Part shown: in pieces, positions 49,544-58,976 of the stretch
Numbering within the stretch: the stretch's first letter is position 1
Layout of the letters: the number at the start of each line of letters is the position of its first letter
Origin: an archaeon HR01
Lineage (GTDB): Archaea > Thermoproteota > Nitrososphaeria_A > Caldarchaeales > Caldarchaeaceae
NCBI GenBank assembly: GCA_002898355.1
Contig: BEHD01000005.1
Span: 34,411-98,410, forward strand
Length of the DNA: 64,000 bases
Reading direction: 5' to 3'
Position numbers and translations under genes: made by a program
Notes under the pieces: generated by a model
What the model was told of the DNA's origin: nothing
Database searches by the model: none
The model's input: the letters and a program-made list of their open reading frames with translations, nothing else

Positions 49544-50434
49544 CTAGGTGGGTATGCCGAGGGCTGCTCTTACCATGGCGGCTGTGGCCCTGTAGTCACC
49601 CATTTTGAAGACGAAGGCTGAGAGCTGGTTTAAAACTAGGAAGGTCACGAGAAGAACTATTAGTATCCAATCTGTTCTTGTGAGCTTCAACTCCTTCAGC
49701 GATGTCCGCTTGGATGGATTGTAGCCATAACCTCTAGACGCCATGGCGGCAGCGATAAATTCAGACCTGCTGATTGAGCGGCTAATGATAGGTAGTACGG
49801 TGGGGACAAACCTTTTGAGAGCTTTTAGTGGATTTCTGCTACTGACGCTCCAACCCCTCGAACGCTGGGCCTCAAAAATTGATGTTACCTGCTGAATCAT
49901 GGCTGGAACCATGCCGAAAGCCACACTCACGGCAACCGCCATCTCCACAGGGGCCCTCAGCTTTGTAAGTGTCGCAGGAATCTCCGAGGGAGAGGTAGTG
50001 CTCAGCAGGACCCTGCCCGCAAGCGTGATTATGAAGAACCTCATCATAGCTCCCGATGCAAAGATTAGAGACTCGAGGCTTACATAGCCGTATGGTCCGA
50101 AGCTTTCTATCTTGGGTATTACATAGCCTAGGTAGAAGAGCGGCCACGGCGGGCGACTAGCTGTAACAGTCTGCTCGAAAAAGAAGATGTTGAACAGCAG
50201 TATGACAAACATCGCCGGTGTGAGGAGTATCAGTATCTTGAGAGCTCCTCTGAAAGGCATCTTCGCCACACCATTAAATACAAGGACAACCGCCAGCACA
50301 CCAAGAAGCCAGAGAGGGTCGTTCCAAGCCACAGCAGGGAGAGAAAGCGCGAGAAACCAGAGTATCTTAACCCTTGGGTCGCGTCTATGCATGAAGGTGT
50401 TGAGAGGTCTATAGCCTATTATGTCATAGGCCAA
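49544..50434 (-). CDS. ECF-transporter transmembrane component (EcfT/CbiQ family)
   Basis: 296-aa polytopic protein immediately downstream of a duplicated ABC ATPase; conserved Arg-rich C-terminal coupling helices. Confidence 0.65.
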   Translation of the reverse strand: MAYDIIGYRPLNTFMHRRDPRVKILWFLALSLPAVAWNDPLWLLGVLAVVLVFNGVAKMPFRGALKILILLTPAMFVILLFNIFFFEQTVTASRPPWPLFYLGYVIPKIESFGPYGYVSLESLIFASGAMMRFFIITLAGRVLLSTTSPSEIPATLTKLRAPVEMAVAVSVAFGMVPAMIQQVTSIFEAQRSRGWSVSSRNPLKALKRFVPTVLPIISRSISRSEFIAAAMASRGYGYNPSKRTSLKELKLTRTDWILIVLLVTFLVLNQLSAFVFKMGDYRATAAMVRAALGIPT

Positions 50435-50436
50435 TC

Positions 50437-52188
50437 CTATCCCACCACCCTGCTTAGATATTCAAACATCTCCGGGATTGTGATTATATCGCCGGGAAAG
50501 CCGATGTCTCTAAGTTGACGGCATATCGAGGTGACTTGTGGGGGTTTGAGAGATGTTTTGGCCAGCACATCCTCTCTCTGGAAGACTTCACGGGGTGGCC
50601 CACTATCTATCACCTGTCCATCATAGAAGACGAACACTCTGTGGCAGTAGGCCGCTATAAGGTCCATATTATGGCTTATGACTATTACTGTGGTCCCTTT
50701 CTCGTTGAGCTTTTTAGCCAGCATCATCATCGCAGAGGCCCTTGCGAAATCTTGGCCTGTAGTAGGTTCATCAACCACCAGAATCTTAGGATTCATCGTA
50801 ACAGCAGACGCTACCACAACCCTCTGCTTGAGACCCTGACTCAGCTTGAAAGGCGATACATCAAGATAAGGCTTCAACTCCAGTTCCTCGGCAACGGCTT
50901 CCACACGTCTCATCACCTCATCCTCTGGCACACCCAAATTCCTAGGCCCGAAGGCCAGCTCCTCCCTCACCGTCTTGGCAAAAAGCTGGTCGTCAGGCAT
51001 CTGAGCAACGTAAGCCACCTGCGATGCCAACTCCTGTACACTTAGTGTCCTCGTATCACGGCCGAAGACAGTAACACGCCCTTTAGTTGGCTTGTAGAGC
51101 CCGTTAAACAGCTTTGCGGTCGTGGTCTTCCCCGACCCGTTCTTACCTATAAAGCCCACAAACTCGCCATGGTATATGGCATCTATATTGACACCCTTCA
51201 AAGCCATACTACCATCCTTGTATTGGTACCACACATCCTCGCACTTGACCGCAACCTCTGAGAATACAGGATTATCCCCGGTATTTCTCTGAAATGTGGG
51301 ATTATTTGGGATATGCTTGGAATTGAAGAGATTCCTCAGAGACCTGACCCCCTCATCGACGGTTATAGGTATCTCTTTAAATCTATAGCCTCTCTTCCTC
51401 AGCCAATAGCTTATCTCAGTAGCGTGAGGTATTTGCAGGTCCAGCTCCTCCATCAACTCAACCTTATCCAACACATCCAACGGCCTGCCATAGGCAACTA
51501 TCTCACCGTTATTCATCACAGCAAGATAGTCCGCTAAGGGTAGTGCATAATCCAGCTTGTGCTCTATTATCACCATCGTCTTATGCTGGGTTTCAGCTAT
51601 CTCCCTAATTCTGTTGAAAACAAGCTCAGTCCCCTCAGGGTCTAGGTTTGCTGTTGGCTCGTCCAACACAAAAATATCGGGCATCATCGCCACGATAGCG
51701 GCTATGGCACATGCCTGCTGTTGACCTCCTGAGAGAAGGTACGGGCTTTTATTCTCAAGTCCGTTAAGCCTGCTGAACTGGAGCGCATAGTTCACCCTAC
51801 GCATAATCTCATCTCTTGGTAAGCAGTAATTCTCAGGCCCGAAGGCCAGCTCCTCTAGAACAGTGGATGTGAAGAGTTGGTTGGCGGGATTGTCGAAGAC
51901 TAGGCCAACCTTAGAGGCCAGAACCGACACATCAAAGTCACGCACACGTAAGCCCTTGATATAGGCTTCACCACTCATTTCACCCCTGTAAAAATGTGGT
52001 ATGAGACCGTTTAGGATGCGGGATAACGTTGTCTTACCCGCACCGCTGGGTCCTGTGACGACTAGTATCTCACCACTTTTAACATGCAAACTGATGTTCT
52101 TGATAGCAGGTTCTGAGGAGCCGCTATACGTCCAAGTAACATTTTCCAGTACAATATCAAACTGCTCTTGCTTTTGCTCTAAGGTCAT
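50437..52188 (-). CDS. Fused duplicated ABC ATPase (EcfA1-EcfA2-like, two nucleotide-binding domains)
   Basis: Two Walker A sites (GPSGAGKTT, GKNGSGKTT), two LSGGQ signatures (LSGGQQQACAIA, LSQGLKQRVVVA), two Walker B sites. Confidence 0.85.
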   Translation of the reverse strand: MTLEQKQEQFDIVLENVTWTYSGSSEPAIKNISLHVKSGEILVVTGPSGAGKTTLSRILNGLIPHFYRGEMSGEAYIKGLRVRDFDVSVLASKVGLVFDNPANQLFTSTVLEELAFGPENYCLPRDEIMRRVNYALQFSRLNGLENKSPYLLSGGQQQACAIAAIVAMMPDIFVLDEPTANLDPEGTELVFNRIREIAETQHKTMVIIEHKLDYALPLADYLAVMNNGEIVAYGRPLDVLDKVELMEELDLQIPHATEISYWLRKRGYRFKEIPITVDEGVRSLRNLFNSKHIPNNPTFQRNTGDNPVFSEVAVKCEDVWYQYKDGSMALKGVNIDAIYHGEFVGFIGKNGSGKTTTAKLFNGLYKPTKGRVTVFGRDTRTLSVQELASQVAYVAQMPDDQLFAKTVREELAFGPRNLGVPEDEVMRRVEAVAEELELKPYLDVSPFKLSQGLKQRVVVASAVTMNPKILVVDEPTTGQDFARASAMMMLAKKLNEKGTTVIVISHNMDLIAAYCHRVFVFYDGQVIDSGPPREVFQREDVLAKTSLKPPQVTSICRQLRDIGFPGDIITIPEMFEYLSRVVG

Positions 52189-52260
52189 ACTCTGGCTCTA
52201 GACCTTTTCATGCTAGGTAATAGCCGTTTAGAGGGATAAAATAAAAAGAAAATAGGGTTA

Positions 52261-52404
52261 TTAACTCTGCTGCTTCCTACGTCGTGTGAAGACATAGGCT
52301 ATCACGAACGTCAGTATTATTAGGATGATGGCGCCTATCTGCTGGGTTGTTGTAGGACCTGCCTGCGCAAGGGCGAGGATTCCGGAAAGAAGACCCATCT
52401 GCAT
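52261..52404 (-). CDS. Possible unlisted 47-aa single-TM protein (MQMGLLSGILALAQAGPTTTQQIGAIILIILTFVIAYVFTRRRKQQS) wedged between the ECF S-component and the ATPase genes
   Basis: Open frame whose start lies 4 nt after the upstream stop; one hydrophobic helix plus a basic tail. Below the ORF-track length cutoff. Confidence 0.25.
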   Translation of the reverse strand: MQMGLLSGILALAQAGPTTTQQIGAIILIILTFVIAYVFTRRRKQQS

Positions 52405-52407
52405 CAC

Positions 52408-53049
52408 CTACGCTGGCGCACCGGGGAAGAGGATTATCGCTATCACGATTATCACCGCTGCGGCAACGGTTATGTGGGGAAGGTATGGGAACCTCCACTC
52501 AGGCTTGACGAAGTCGGGGAATGTGGCTAAAACTATCGAGGGGATTAGCGCGTAGATGAGGAGGAAGACCCAGTAGGCTCCGCCAAGGAAGTTGAAGGCA
52601 GCCAACACCCATATGTTGGGGAAGAACCTGAAGACGTAGACGTAGAGGAAGAACCACGCCCAGTACTGGAAGAACAGAGCGACAGCCGTCAAGGCCCAGT
52701 ATGCTGCTATCCTCACACCCCTATTGGATACATTATAGAGTCTCTTGTAGCCCAAGGCGAGTAGGAATATGTGGGGCCAGTAAAGGGGCCATCCGTAAAA
52801 GCCTACGGGTGAGACGAAAGACTCTAGGAAGGTCACTATTATTCCTCCTAGAGGACCTGCTGCCATGGTGGCTATGGATAAGAAAGTGCCTACCAGATTG
52901 AAGTTCACGCCTGGGAGATAGCCTGGAAGCTGGAGACCAAGACCTGTAGCAGCCATAGCCAAAGCTCCGAATATTGCAGCAACAGATATTTGGCGTGTTG
53001 TCAGAAGTGGTTTTCTTACTTCAGGCTTGGTTTCGCCTGCCATACGCAA
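52408..53049 (-). CDS. Putative ECF-transporter substrate-specific (S) component
   Basis: 213-aa, 6-TM small membrane protein at the head of the A-A'-T genes. Confidence 0.45.
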   Translation of the reverse strand: MRMAGETKPEVRKPLLTTRQISVAAIFGALAMAATGLGLQLPGYLPGVNFNLVGTFLSIATMAAGPLGGIIVTFLESFVSPVGFYGWPLYWPHIFLLALGYKRLYNVSNRGVRIAAYWALTAVALFFQYWAWFFLYVYVFRFFPNIWVLAAFNFLGGAYWVFLLIYALIPSIVLATFPDFVKPEWRFPYLPHITVAAAVIIVIAIILFPGAPA

Positions 53050-53090
53050 CTATTTAGATGTTAGCGGGCATATAAGCATTTTTAACCGTA

Positions 53091-54824
53091 TCACGGGGAT
53101 GGCTGACTCCTCTCCCACCCAGTGGCTTCCCAGTCGATTTCAAGGTTCTCCCTTAGCACGACGCGGTATATCCTCTTGGCATCATCCACGGTGATGTAAC
53201 CTTCCATAACATCCTCACGCACCTTCTCTGGATCTCTCTTCCTCGGGTCACCCCATCCACCGCCGCCTGCGGTTCTTATACTTACCAAGTCACCTGCTTT
53301 AAGCCGCTCACCAGAAACTTTTCTCACACGTGTCTCGCTTCCGTCAGACTTTATTATCAGCATGTAATTGTAGGTGCCAGGCAGTCCGCCGTTAACACCC
53401 CATGGTGGGAACTTAGAACGGTTGACCGCTGTCGTGAACTCTGCGTCTGCTAGAAGCCTGTAGTCTTTGACTATTCCGAATCCTCCCCTAAACTCGCCAT
53501 GTCCTACTCCGTCTTCCGTGTTGAGCTGATATCTCTCCACTATGATGGGGTACCTCTGTTCTATCACCTCGATAGAGGTAATGAATGTCTCCCCGTCAGC
53601 AAACGAGACTAGGGCGCTCTCCCCATCCTTGTCATAGCCTGCACCCCATCCACCAGGGTTTGGCTCCACTAATGCAAAAGCCTCGCCGTTTCTAGGGTTG
53701 ATTCCAGCAATTGTCTCAGCCACAACGCTGAGGAAGTGACCGGCCGTTAAACGGTCGGGTATGTATGGTGCCAGCGCTTTCCACACCAAGTCGGCTGCAT
53801 AAGTCATCGTCTCCCAGTAAATACCAACAGGATATGGCTTCTTCGCATTGAATACCGTGTTCTCCGGTATGGTTATCCTTAGCGGCTTGACAAATCCCTG
53901 GCAATATCTAACATGGGGATCTAGCACAGCCGCATACACTATTCTCACGGCGGCGACGGTGGCTGGATATGTTGTGTTAATTGCGGCACGTACTGCGGGC
54001 GGATTTCCTGAAAGATCGACATCAAACTTGTCATCGTCAATCTCTACCTTAACGGTCAGCTTCATCGGATCTTCACTCACTCCGCTGTCATCGTAATAAT
54101 CCTCTGCCCTAAAAACTCCCTTGGGCAGCATCTTTATACGATTCCATGCCACAGTCTCACCATCACGCTGTATCTTATCCATATTGGCCTTCACTGTATC
54201 CAGGCCATATTTTGATACTAGCGCCTTGAGCCTTCTCTCCGCCAGCTTCATCGAGGCGGTCTGAGCCTCGATATCCCCCAATACGTATGAGGGCAGCCTG
54301 CTATTTTCCAGTAGGAGGTCTAGAACATCCTTGTTCAACCTATTCTCTTCATATAGCTTCACAGGTGGAATAAGTATCCCCTCATGATAGACCTCCGAAC
54401 CCTTAGGCCCCCAGCTTCCGAAGACCATACCGCCTATGTCATAATAATGTCCTTTGTTTACACCGATGGCCAAGAGCTCGTCTTTATGGAAGAACGGCGC
54501 CACGATTGCTACATCGTTGAGATGTGTTCCAGAGATGTATGGGTCGTTGACGATTATTACATCGCCTGGCTGCAGTCCATCTTTCCCGAACTTGTCGAGT
54601 GGTGCTTTAGCGTTGAAGTCAAGCATTCCTATGAATAGCGGTATGCCAGTAGCCTGTGAGACAACATCCCCTTCTGCGTCTGTAAGTCCGGTGGAGAAAT
54701 CCAAAACATCATATATTATTGGACTCTTAGATGTTTTAGCAGTTACTGTGAACATTTCCTCCGCTATAGCTATCAGAGAGTTTTTAACAATCTCCATCTC
54801 TATAAGGTCTGGCATCTCATTCAC
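53091..54824 (-). CDS. hyuB: Hydantoinase B/oxoprolinase family protein (HyuB; N-methylhydantoinase B or acetone-carboxylase-alpha-like), copy 1
   Basis: VKNSLIAIAEEM..., DPYISGTHLNDVAIVAPFF, GGWGAGYDKDGESALV, GGGGWGDP typical of the HyuB family. Confidence 0.85.
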   Translation of the reverse strand: MNEMPDLIEMEIVKNSLIAIAEEMFTVTAKTSKSPIIYDVLDFSTGLTDAEGDVVSQATGIPLFIGMLDFNAKAPLDKFGKDGLQPGDVIIVNDPYISGTHLNDVAIVAPFFHKDELLAIGVNKGHYYDIGGMVFGSWGPKGSEVYHEGILIPPVKLYEENRLNKDVLDLLLENSRLPSYVLGDIEAQTASMKLAERRLKALVSKYGLDTVKANMDKIQRDGETVAWNRIKMLPKGVFRAEDYYDDSGVSEDPMKLTVKVEIDDDKFDVDLSGNPPAVRAAINTTYPATVAAVRIVYAAVLDPHVRYCQGFVKPLRITIPENTVFNAKKPYPVGIYWETMTYAADLVWKALAPYIPDRLTAGHFLSVVAETIAGINPRNGEAFALVEPNPGGWGAGYDKDGESALVSFADGETFITSIEVIEQRYPIIVERYQLNTEDGVGHGEFRGGFGIVKDYRLLADAEFTTAVNRSKFPPWGVNGGLPGTYNYMLIIKSDGSETRVRKVSGERLKAGDLVSIRTAGGGGWGDPRKRDPEKVREDVMEGYITVDDAKRIYRVVLRENLEIDWEATGWERSQPSP

Positions 54825-56892
54825 CTCCTTTCCTCACGTGTAGATTACCATACTGGTCTACGGATATCTTCTGACCGGGTAATACAATTGCCGTGGATGT
54901 GGGATCCTCTACTATCATTGGTCCTTTGAGGGTTGCACCCGGTGGAAGCCTACCTCTTTCGTAAACTTCAACTCTAACCCAGCCCCTCTTAGCGTCCAAG
55001 TAAGCTTCCCTCTCCCCCTTAAAGGCTTTGGAGACAGATGTGTCTTCGCGGGGAAGAAGCTTTAGAATCGGCTTCCTAACTTTGAGGAGCGCCACTACAT
55101 GGTAGTTCACTATCTCGATTGGACTGTCAAGCTTGAATGAATAGTATTTGTAGTGATTTTCATGGAACCTCCGCTCCAGCTCTTCAATAAGCTGTCTATC
55201 GACTTCGCCGTTAGGCACTCCCACCTTCAGCACATGCTCCTGCCCATAGTACCTCATATCTGCGTATCTAGCCAGAACGATATCGCCTTTCTTCCCGCCG
55301 TTATGCTGTATACCCCTCGCCCTAACCTCTAACTCGCTGTATGTGTTGGCGACCCTCTCTATGGCCTGTGGGTGGTCCAGCCTCGTCACGGAGGTTTTAA
55401 CGAAGTCGTGACGTAAGTCTGTCATCAGAAGCCCCCATGCTGAGAAAACACCCGGCGGTATTGAGGGGATGATAACATTTCCCACCTCCAACTCCTCAGC
55501 TATGAATGATGCGAACATAGGTCCAGAGCCTCCGAAAGCCACGATCGTGAAATCCCTTGGGTCATAGCCTCTCTCTATCGATATACGCCTAATCACTTGT
55601 GAGGCATTATCGTTACCTAGTCTTACAACTCCGAAGGCCGTCTCATCGACAGTCATATCCAGCCGCTCAGCCAATTCTCCCATTGCCTTCTTAGCGAGAT
55701 GTATATCTAGTCGGAGCGCTCCACCGAGAAAATAGTTGGGGTTTATGATTCCTGTTATTAGATAGGCATCCGTGAGGGTGGGCTTCTGCCCGCCTCTTCC
55801 ATAGCATGCCGGTCCAGGGTCAGCACCTGCGCTGGCCGGCCCAACCCTCATACTTCCTGTCTCATCAATCCAGGCTATGCTTCCCCCACCATTTCCAACC
55901 TCAACAATATCGATCACAGGGACCTTCACAGGGTATCCGGCGTTGAACTGGTCCCTCTCCACATAATAATCTGTCAGAACCCTCGGCATTAGTTCTTCAA
56001 CGAGGCTTGCTTTAGTGGTTGTACTTCCACCATCCAAAGCTATGATATTTTTAATTCCTAGGAGCTCACCTATTGTGATCGCTCCCACAACGCCCGCAGC
56101 TGGCCCTGACTCGATGGAGAGGATGGGGTAGTCCGCCGCATATCGGAAGGTTGAGACCCCTCCGCTAGAGAGCATCATGAACAGCTCACCTCTAACACCT
56201 TTCCTTCTCAATATCTCCTCCAAATTTCTCAGATAGTTGTCCATCTGAGGGTGGACATAGGCATTCAACACCGTGGTGCTTGTTCTCTCATACTCGCGCC
56301 ACTCACCGGTTATCTCGCTTGATACGCTGACATAAGGCCTGACACCCATATTCTCGAGGACTCTGACTATAAGCTCCTTAGACCTAGCCTCGTTAGATTG
56401 ATTGGCGTAGCTGTTGATGTAACATACTGCTATAGATTGGACACCAAGCGAGACTAGACTCTTTGTTGCAGCCTCCACATCTCCCTCATTAAGAGGTTTA
56501 AGAACGGTGCCATCATATCCAACCCTCTCGTCCACCTCCCTGATCAGATGCCGTGGTACGAAACTGGCTGGCTTCCTATATCTGAGGTTGTATATATCAC
56601 GTCTATTCGATCTTGTTATCAGGATTACATCTCTAAAGCCCTTGGTGGTTATCAAGCCGACTTTGCTGCCGCGCCTAGTGATAATGGTGTTGATTACAAG
56701 GGTCTGCCCGTGGAGCAGGCTGGACACAGTAGATGGATCTACACCTGACTTGGAAAAAACCCTCATCACACCCTCTGAATAGTTGGCAGGGGTTGTCTCA
56801 TCCTTGGACCATGCGATCTCGCCTGTTTCCTCATCTATTGCAAAAAGGTCTGTGAACCCTCCTCCTATGTCAATCGCAACCCTTTTAGACAT
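54817..56892 (-). CDS. hyuA: Hydantoinase A/oxoprolinase family protein (HyuA, ATP-binding ASKHA fold), copy 1. Start trimmed to MSKRVAIDIGGGFTD.
   Basis: AIDIGGGFTDLFA, ITTKGFRDVILITR, ALDGGSTTTKASLV motifs. Confidence 0.85.
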   Translation of the reverse strand: MSKRVAIDIGGGFTDLFAIDEETGEIAWSKDETTPANYSEGVMRVFSKSGVDPSTVSSLLHGQTLVINTIITRRGSKVGLITTKGFRDVILITRSNRRDIYNLRYRKPASFVPRHLIREVDERVGYDGTVLKPLNEGDVEAATKSLVSLGVQSIAVCYINSYANQSNEARSKELIVRVLENMGVRPYVSVSSEITGEWREYERTSTTVLNAYVHPQMDNYLRNLEEILRRKGVRGELFMMLSSGGVSTFRYAADYPILSIESGPAAGVVGAITIGELLGIKNIIALDGGSTTTKASLVEELMPRVLTDYYVERDQFNAGYPVKVPVIDIVEVGNGGGSIAWIDETGSMRVGPASAGADPGPACYGRGGQKPTLTDAYLITGIINPNYFLGGALRLDIHLAKKAMGELAERLDMTVDETAFGVVRLGNDNASQVIRRISIERGYDPRDFTIVAFGGSGPMFASFIAEELEVGNVIIPSIPPGVFSAWGLLMTDLRHDFVKTSVTRLDHPQAIERVANTYSELEVRARGIQHNGGKKGDIVLARYADMRYYGQEHVLKVGVPNGEVDRQLIEELERRFHENHYKYYSFKLDSPIEIVNYHVVALLKVRKPILKLLPREDTSVSKAFKGEREAYLDAKRGWVRVEVYERGRLPPGATLKGPMIVEDPTSTAIVLPGQKISVDQYGNLHVRKGGE

Positions 56893-56946
56893 TGTCTGAT
56901 ATATATTGGCGAGACTTAAAAAGTTGGTGCTCGAATTCTTCATATC

Positions 56947-57288
56947 ATGGTGGAAGTATTTCATATAGATGAGAAAACCTGGGATAGTTCAAGTGGTAAA
57001 GTTTCTGTCCTAGTGGATGAAAGTCTGAGCGGAAGGTTAATAGCTGGTGTGGTGGTTTTAGAGCCTGGCCAGAGACTTCCTGCAAAGGGGTTCAGCCAAC
57101 ACCTCGAAAGCGATGAGCTAGCCTATGTAGTTGAAGGATCAGCCATCTTCGGGAAAGAAGACGGCGAGTTTTTAATAAAAGAGTCTGACCTAGTTTTTAA
57201 TCCGAGAGGAACCAAGCATTACGTCATAAACCCCGGCGACAAACCCTGCAAAATCATTTGGGCTCTTGCACCACCTATCAAGCTTTAG
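56947..57288 (+). CDS. Cupin-domain protein (cupin_2)
   Basis: 113 aa, two-motif beta-barrel pattern (G..H.H...E..YVVEG, NPRGTKHYVINPGD); lies between the two hyuAB pairs on the opposite strand. Confidence 0.5.
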   Translation: MVEVFHIDEKTWDSSSGKVSVLVDESLSGRLIAGVVVLEPGQRLPAKGFSQHLESDELAYVVEGSAIFGKEDGEFLIKESDLVFNPRGTKHYVINPGDKPCKIIWALAPPIKL

Positions 57289-58976
57289 CTTCTACTCCTA
57301 CGCCTAACCTTAACACCATATTTGGCACGGGCCTCAGCTGCTGTAATGTAGCCGTTCCTAACGTCGTCTAACACACGCTCTTGATCACGTTCCTTCGGGT
57401 TCCCATATCCTCCACCTCCGCCTGTCACTAGGCGTATGAGATCTCCACGCTGCAGTTGCACGGCTGCGGCTTTCCTAGTCTTTAAAGGCGGCTTTCCCTT
57501 TCTGTAGATGATGAAGTAGTTGGGTGTGCCATCACCTCCTCCAGCCATACCCCACGGCGGGAATTTAGATCTCCCGAACGAGGCTGTAAATATCGCATGG
57601 GAGTTGAGGACCCTGTAGTCCTTTATTATCCCATGGCCGCCCCGGAACTTCCCGGCTCCAGGTTTATCCCTGAGGTTTAGGCTATACTGCTCCACCCTAA
57701 TCGGATACCGCACCTCAATCACCTCGTTGGACATAATGTAGGTCTCGCCGTCTAGGCTGCAGACCATTCCACTCTCTCCATCCTTGTTATATCCGGCACC
57801 CCAACCACCAGGCTGCGGCTCCACGATAGCGAAGGGCTCTCCAGTGCGGTCATCCACACCACCCACTATTGTGGCGCACACACTGAGAAAATGGCCTGCT
57901 GTCAGCTTGTCCGGCACATGTGGCGCTAGGGCTTTCCATATTAGCTCCGCTGCAAATGAGCCTGCCTCCCAGAAAGTGGCGACGGGTGCTGGGGGCTTTG
58001 GGTGGAAGACTGTTCCTTCGGGTGCAATAACCTGCACGGGTCTGAAGGCCCCCTCGTTGGCTGGGGACTGAGGGTCTGTAACTGCTTTAAACATAACCTT
58101 AGCAGCGGCTATGGTCATTGAGTAGGGCGAGTTAATAGGCCCTCTCGCCTGGGGTGATGAGCCGCTATAGTCAACTATGAAGCTCTCATCCGATATAGTC
58201 ACGCGAGCCCTCACATAAACCGGATTATCGGAGATACCGTCATCATCGATATAATCCTCAGCCTCGAATGAACCATGGGGTAGCTTACGTAGCTCGTTAT
58301 AGGCTTTCTCCTCACCATCCCTTATGATAGCCTCCATAGCCCTCGCTATTGTGGATGGTCCGTATTTAGCGCAAAGCTGTGCTATCCTCCTACCTCCTAA
58401 CCTCAGGGCTGCCGCCTGTGCCTCCATATCTCCCAGCGTCATATCAGGCGTCCTTACGTTGGTAAGTATGAGGTCGAAGAGGTCCCTGTTTGGTTCCCCC
58501 GCTATGTATAGCTTGAGAAGTGGGAACTGAACGCCCTCTTGGTAGATCTCTGTCGAGTCCGTGGTCCAGCTTCCGAATCTCATTCCTCCCACCTCGCTCC
58601 AGTGGCCCTTGTTGACTGAGAAGGCTATGAGCTGGCCGTCGAAGAATACTGGGCTAATCAGTGTTACATCGTTGAGATGTGTGCCGTGTGTGTATGGTAT
58701 GTTGGTTATTATGATGTCGCCGTCAGAGAACCCGTCAACACCATATTTTTTGATGCAGTCTTTTACAGCTAGGTCCAGCACGCCTAGAAATCCCGGAACC
58801 CCGTTTGCCTGCGCCACCAGCTCACCCTTACTGTTGGTTATGGCCACGGCGTAGTCGAGGACCTCATATATGACAGGGCTCTTGCTGGTCCTGCCAAAAG
58901 CTATGAATTCCTCCTCGGCTATGGCTATGAGACTGTTTTTAACCACTTCCAGTGTAAACGGGTCTAGATCAGACAT
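57285..58976 (-). CDS. hyuB: Hydantoinase B/oxoprolinase family protein (HyuB), copy 2
   Basis: Paralogous to 53091..54824 with the same motif set (VKNSLIAIAEEEF, GGWGAGYNKDGESGMV, GGGGGYGNP). Confidence 0.85.
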   Translation of the reverse strand: MSDLDPFTLEVVKNSLIAIAEEEFIAFGRTSKSPVIYEVLDYAVAITNSKGELVAQANGVPGFLGVLDLAVKDCIKKYGVDGFSDGDIIITNIPYTHGTHLNDVTLISPVFFDGQLIAFSVNKGHWSEVGGMRFGSWTTDSTEIYQEGVQFPLLKLYIAGEPNRDLFDLILTNVRTPDMTLGDMEAQAAALRLGGRRIAQLCAKYGPSTIARAMEAIIRDGEEKAYNELRKLPHGSFEAEDYIDDDGISDNPVYVRARVTISDESFIVDYSGSSPQARGPINSPYSMTIAAAKVMFKAVTDPQSPANEGAFRPVQVIAPEGTVFHPKPPAPVATFWEAGSFAAELIWKALAPHVPDKLTAGHFLSVCATIVGGVDDRTGEPFAIVEPQPGGWGAGYNKDGESGMVCSLDGETYIMSNEVIEVRYPIRVEQYSLNLRDKPGAGKFRGGHGIIKDYRVLNSHAIFTASFGRSKFPPWGMAGGGDGTPNYFIIYRKGKPPLKTRKAAAVQLQRGDLIRLVTGGGGGYGNPKERDQERVLDDVRNGYITAAEARAKYGVKVRRRSRS

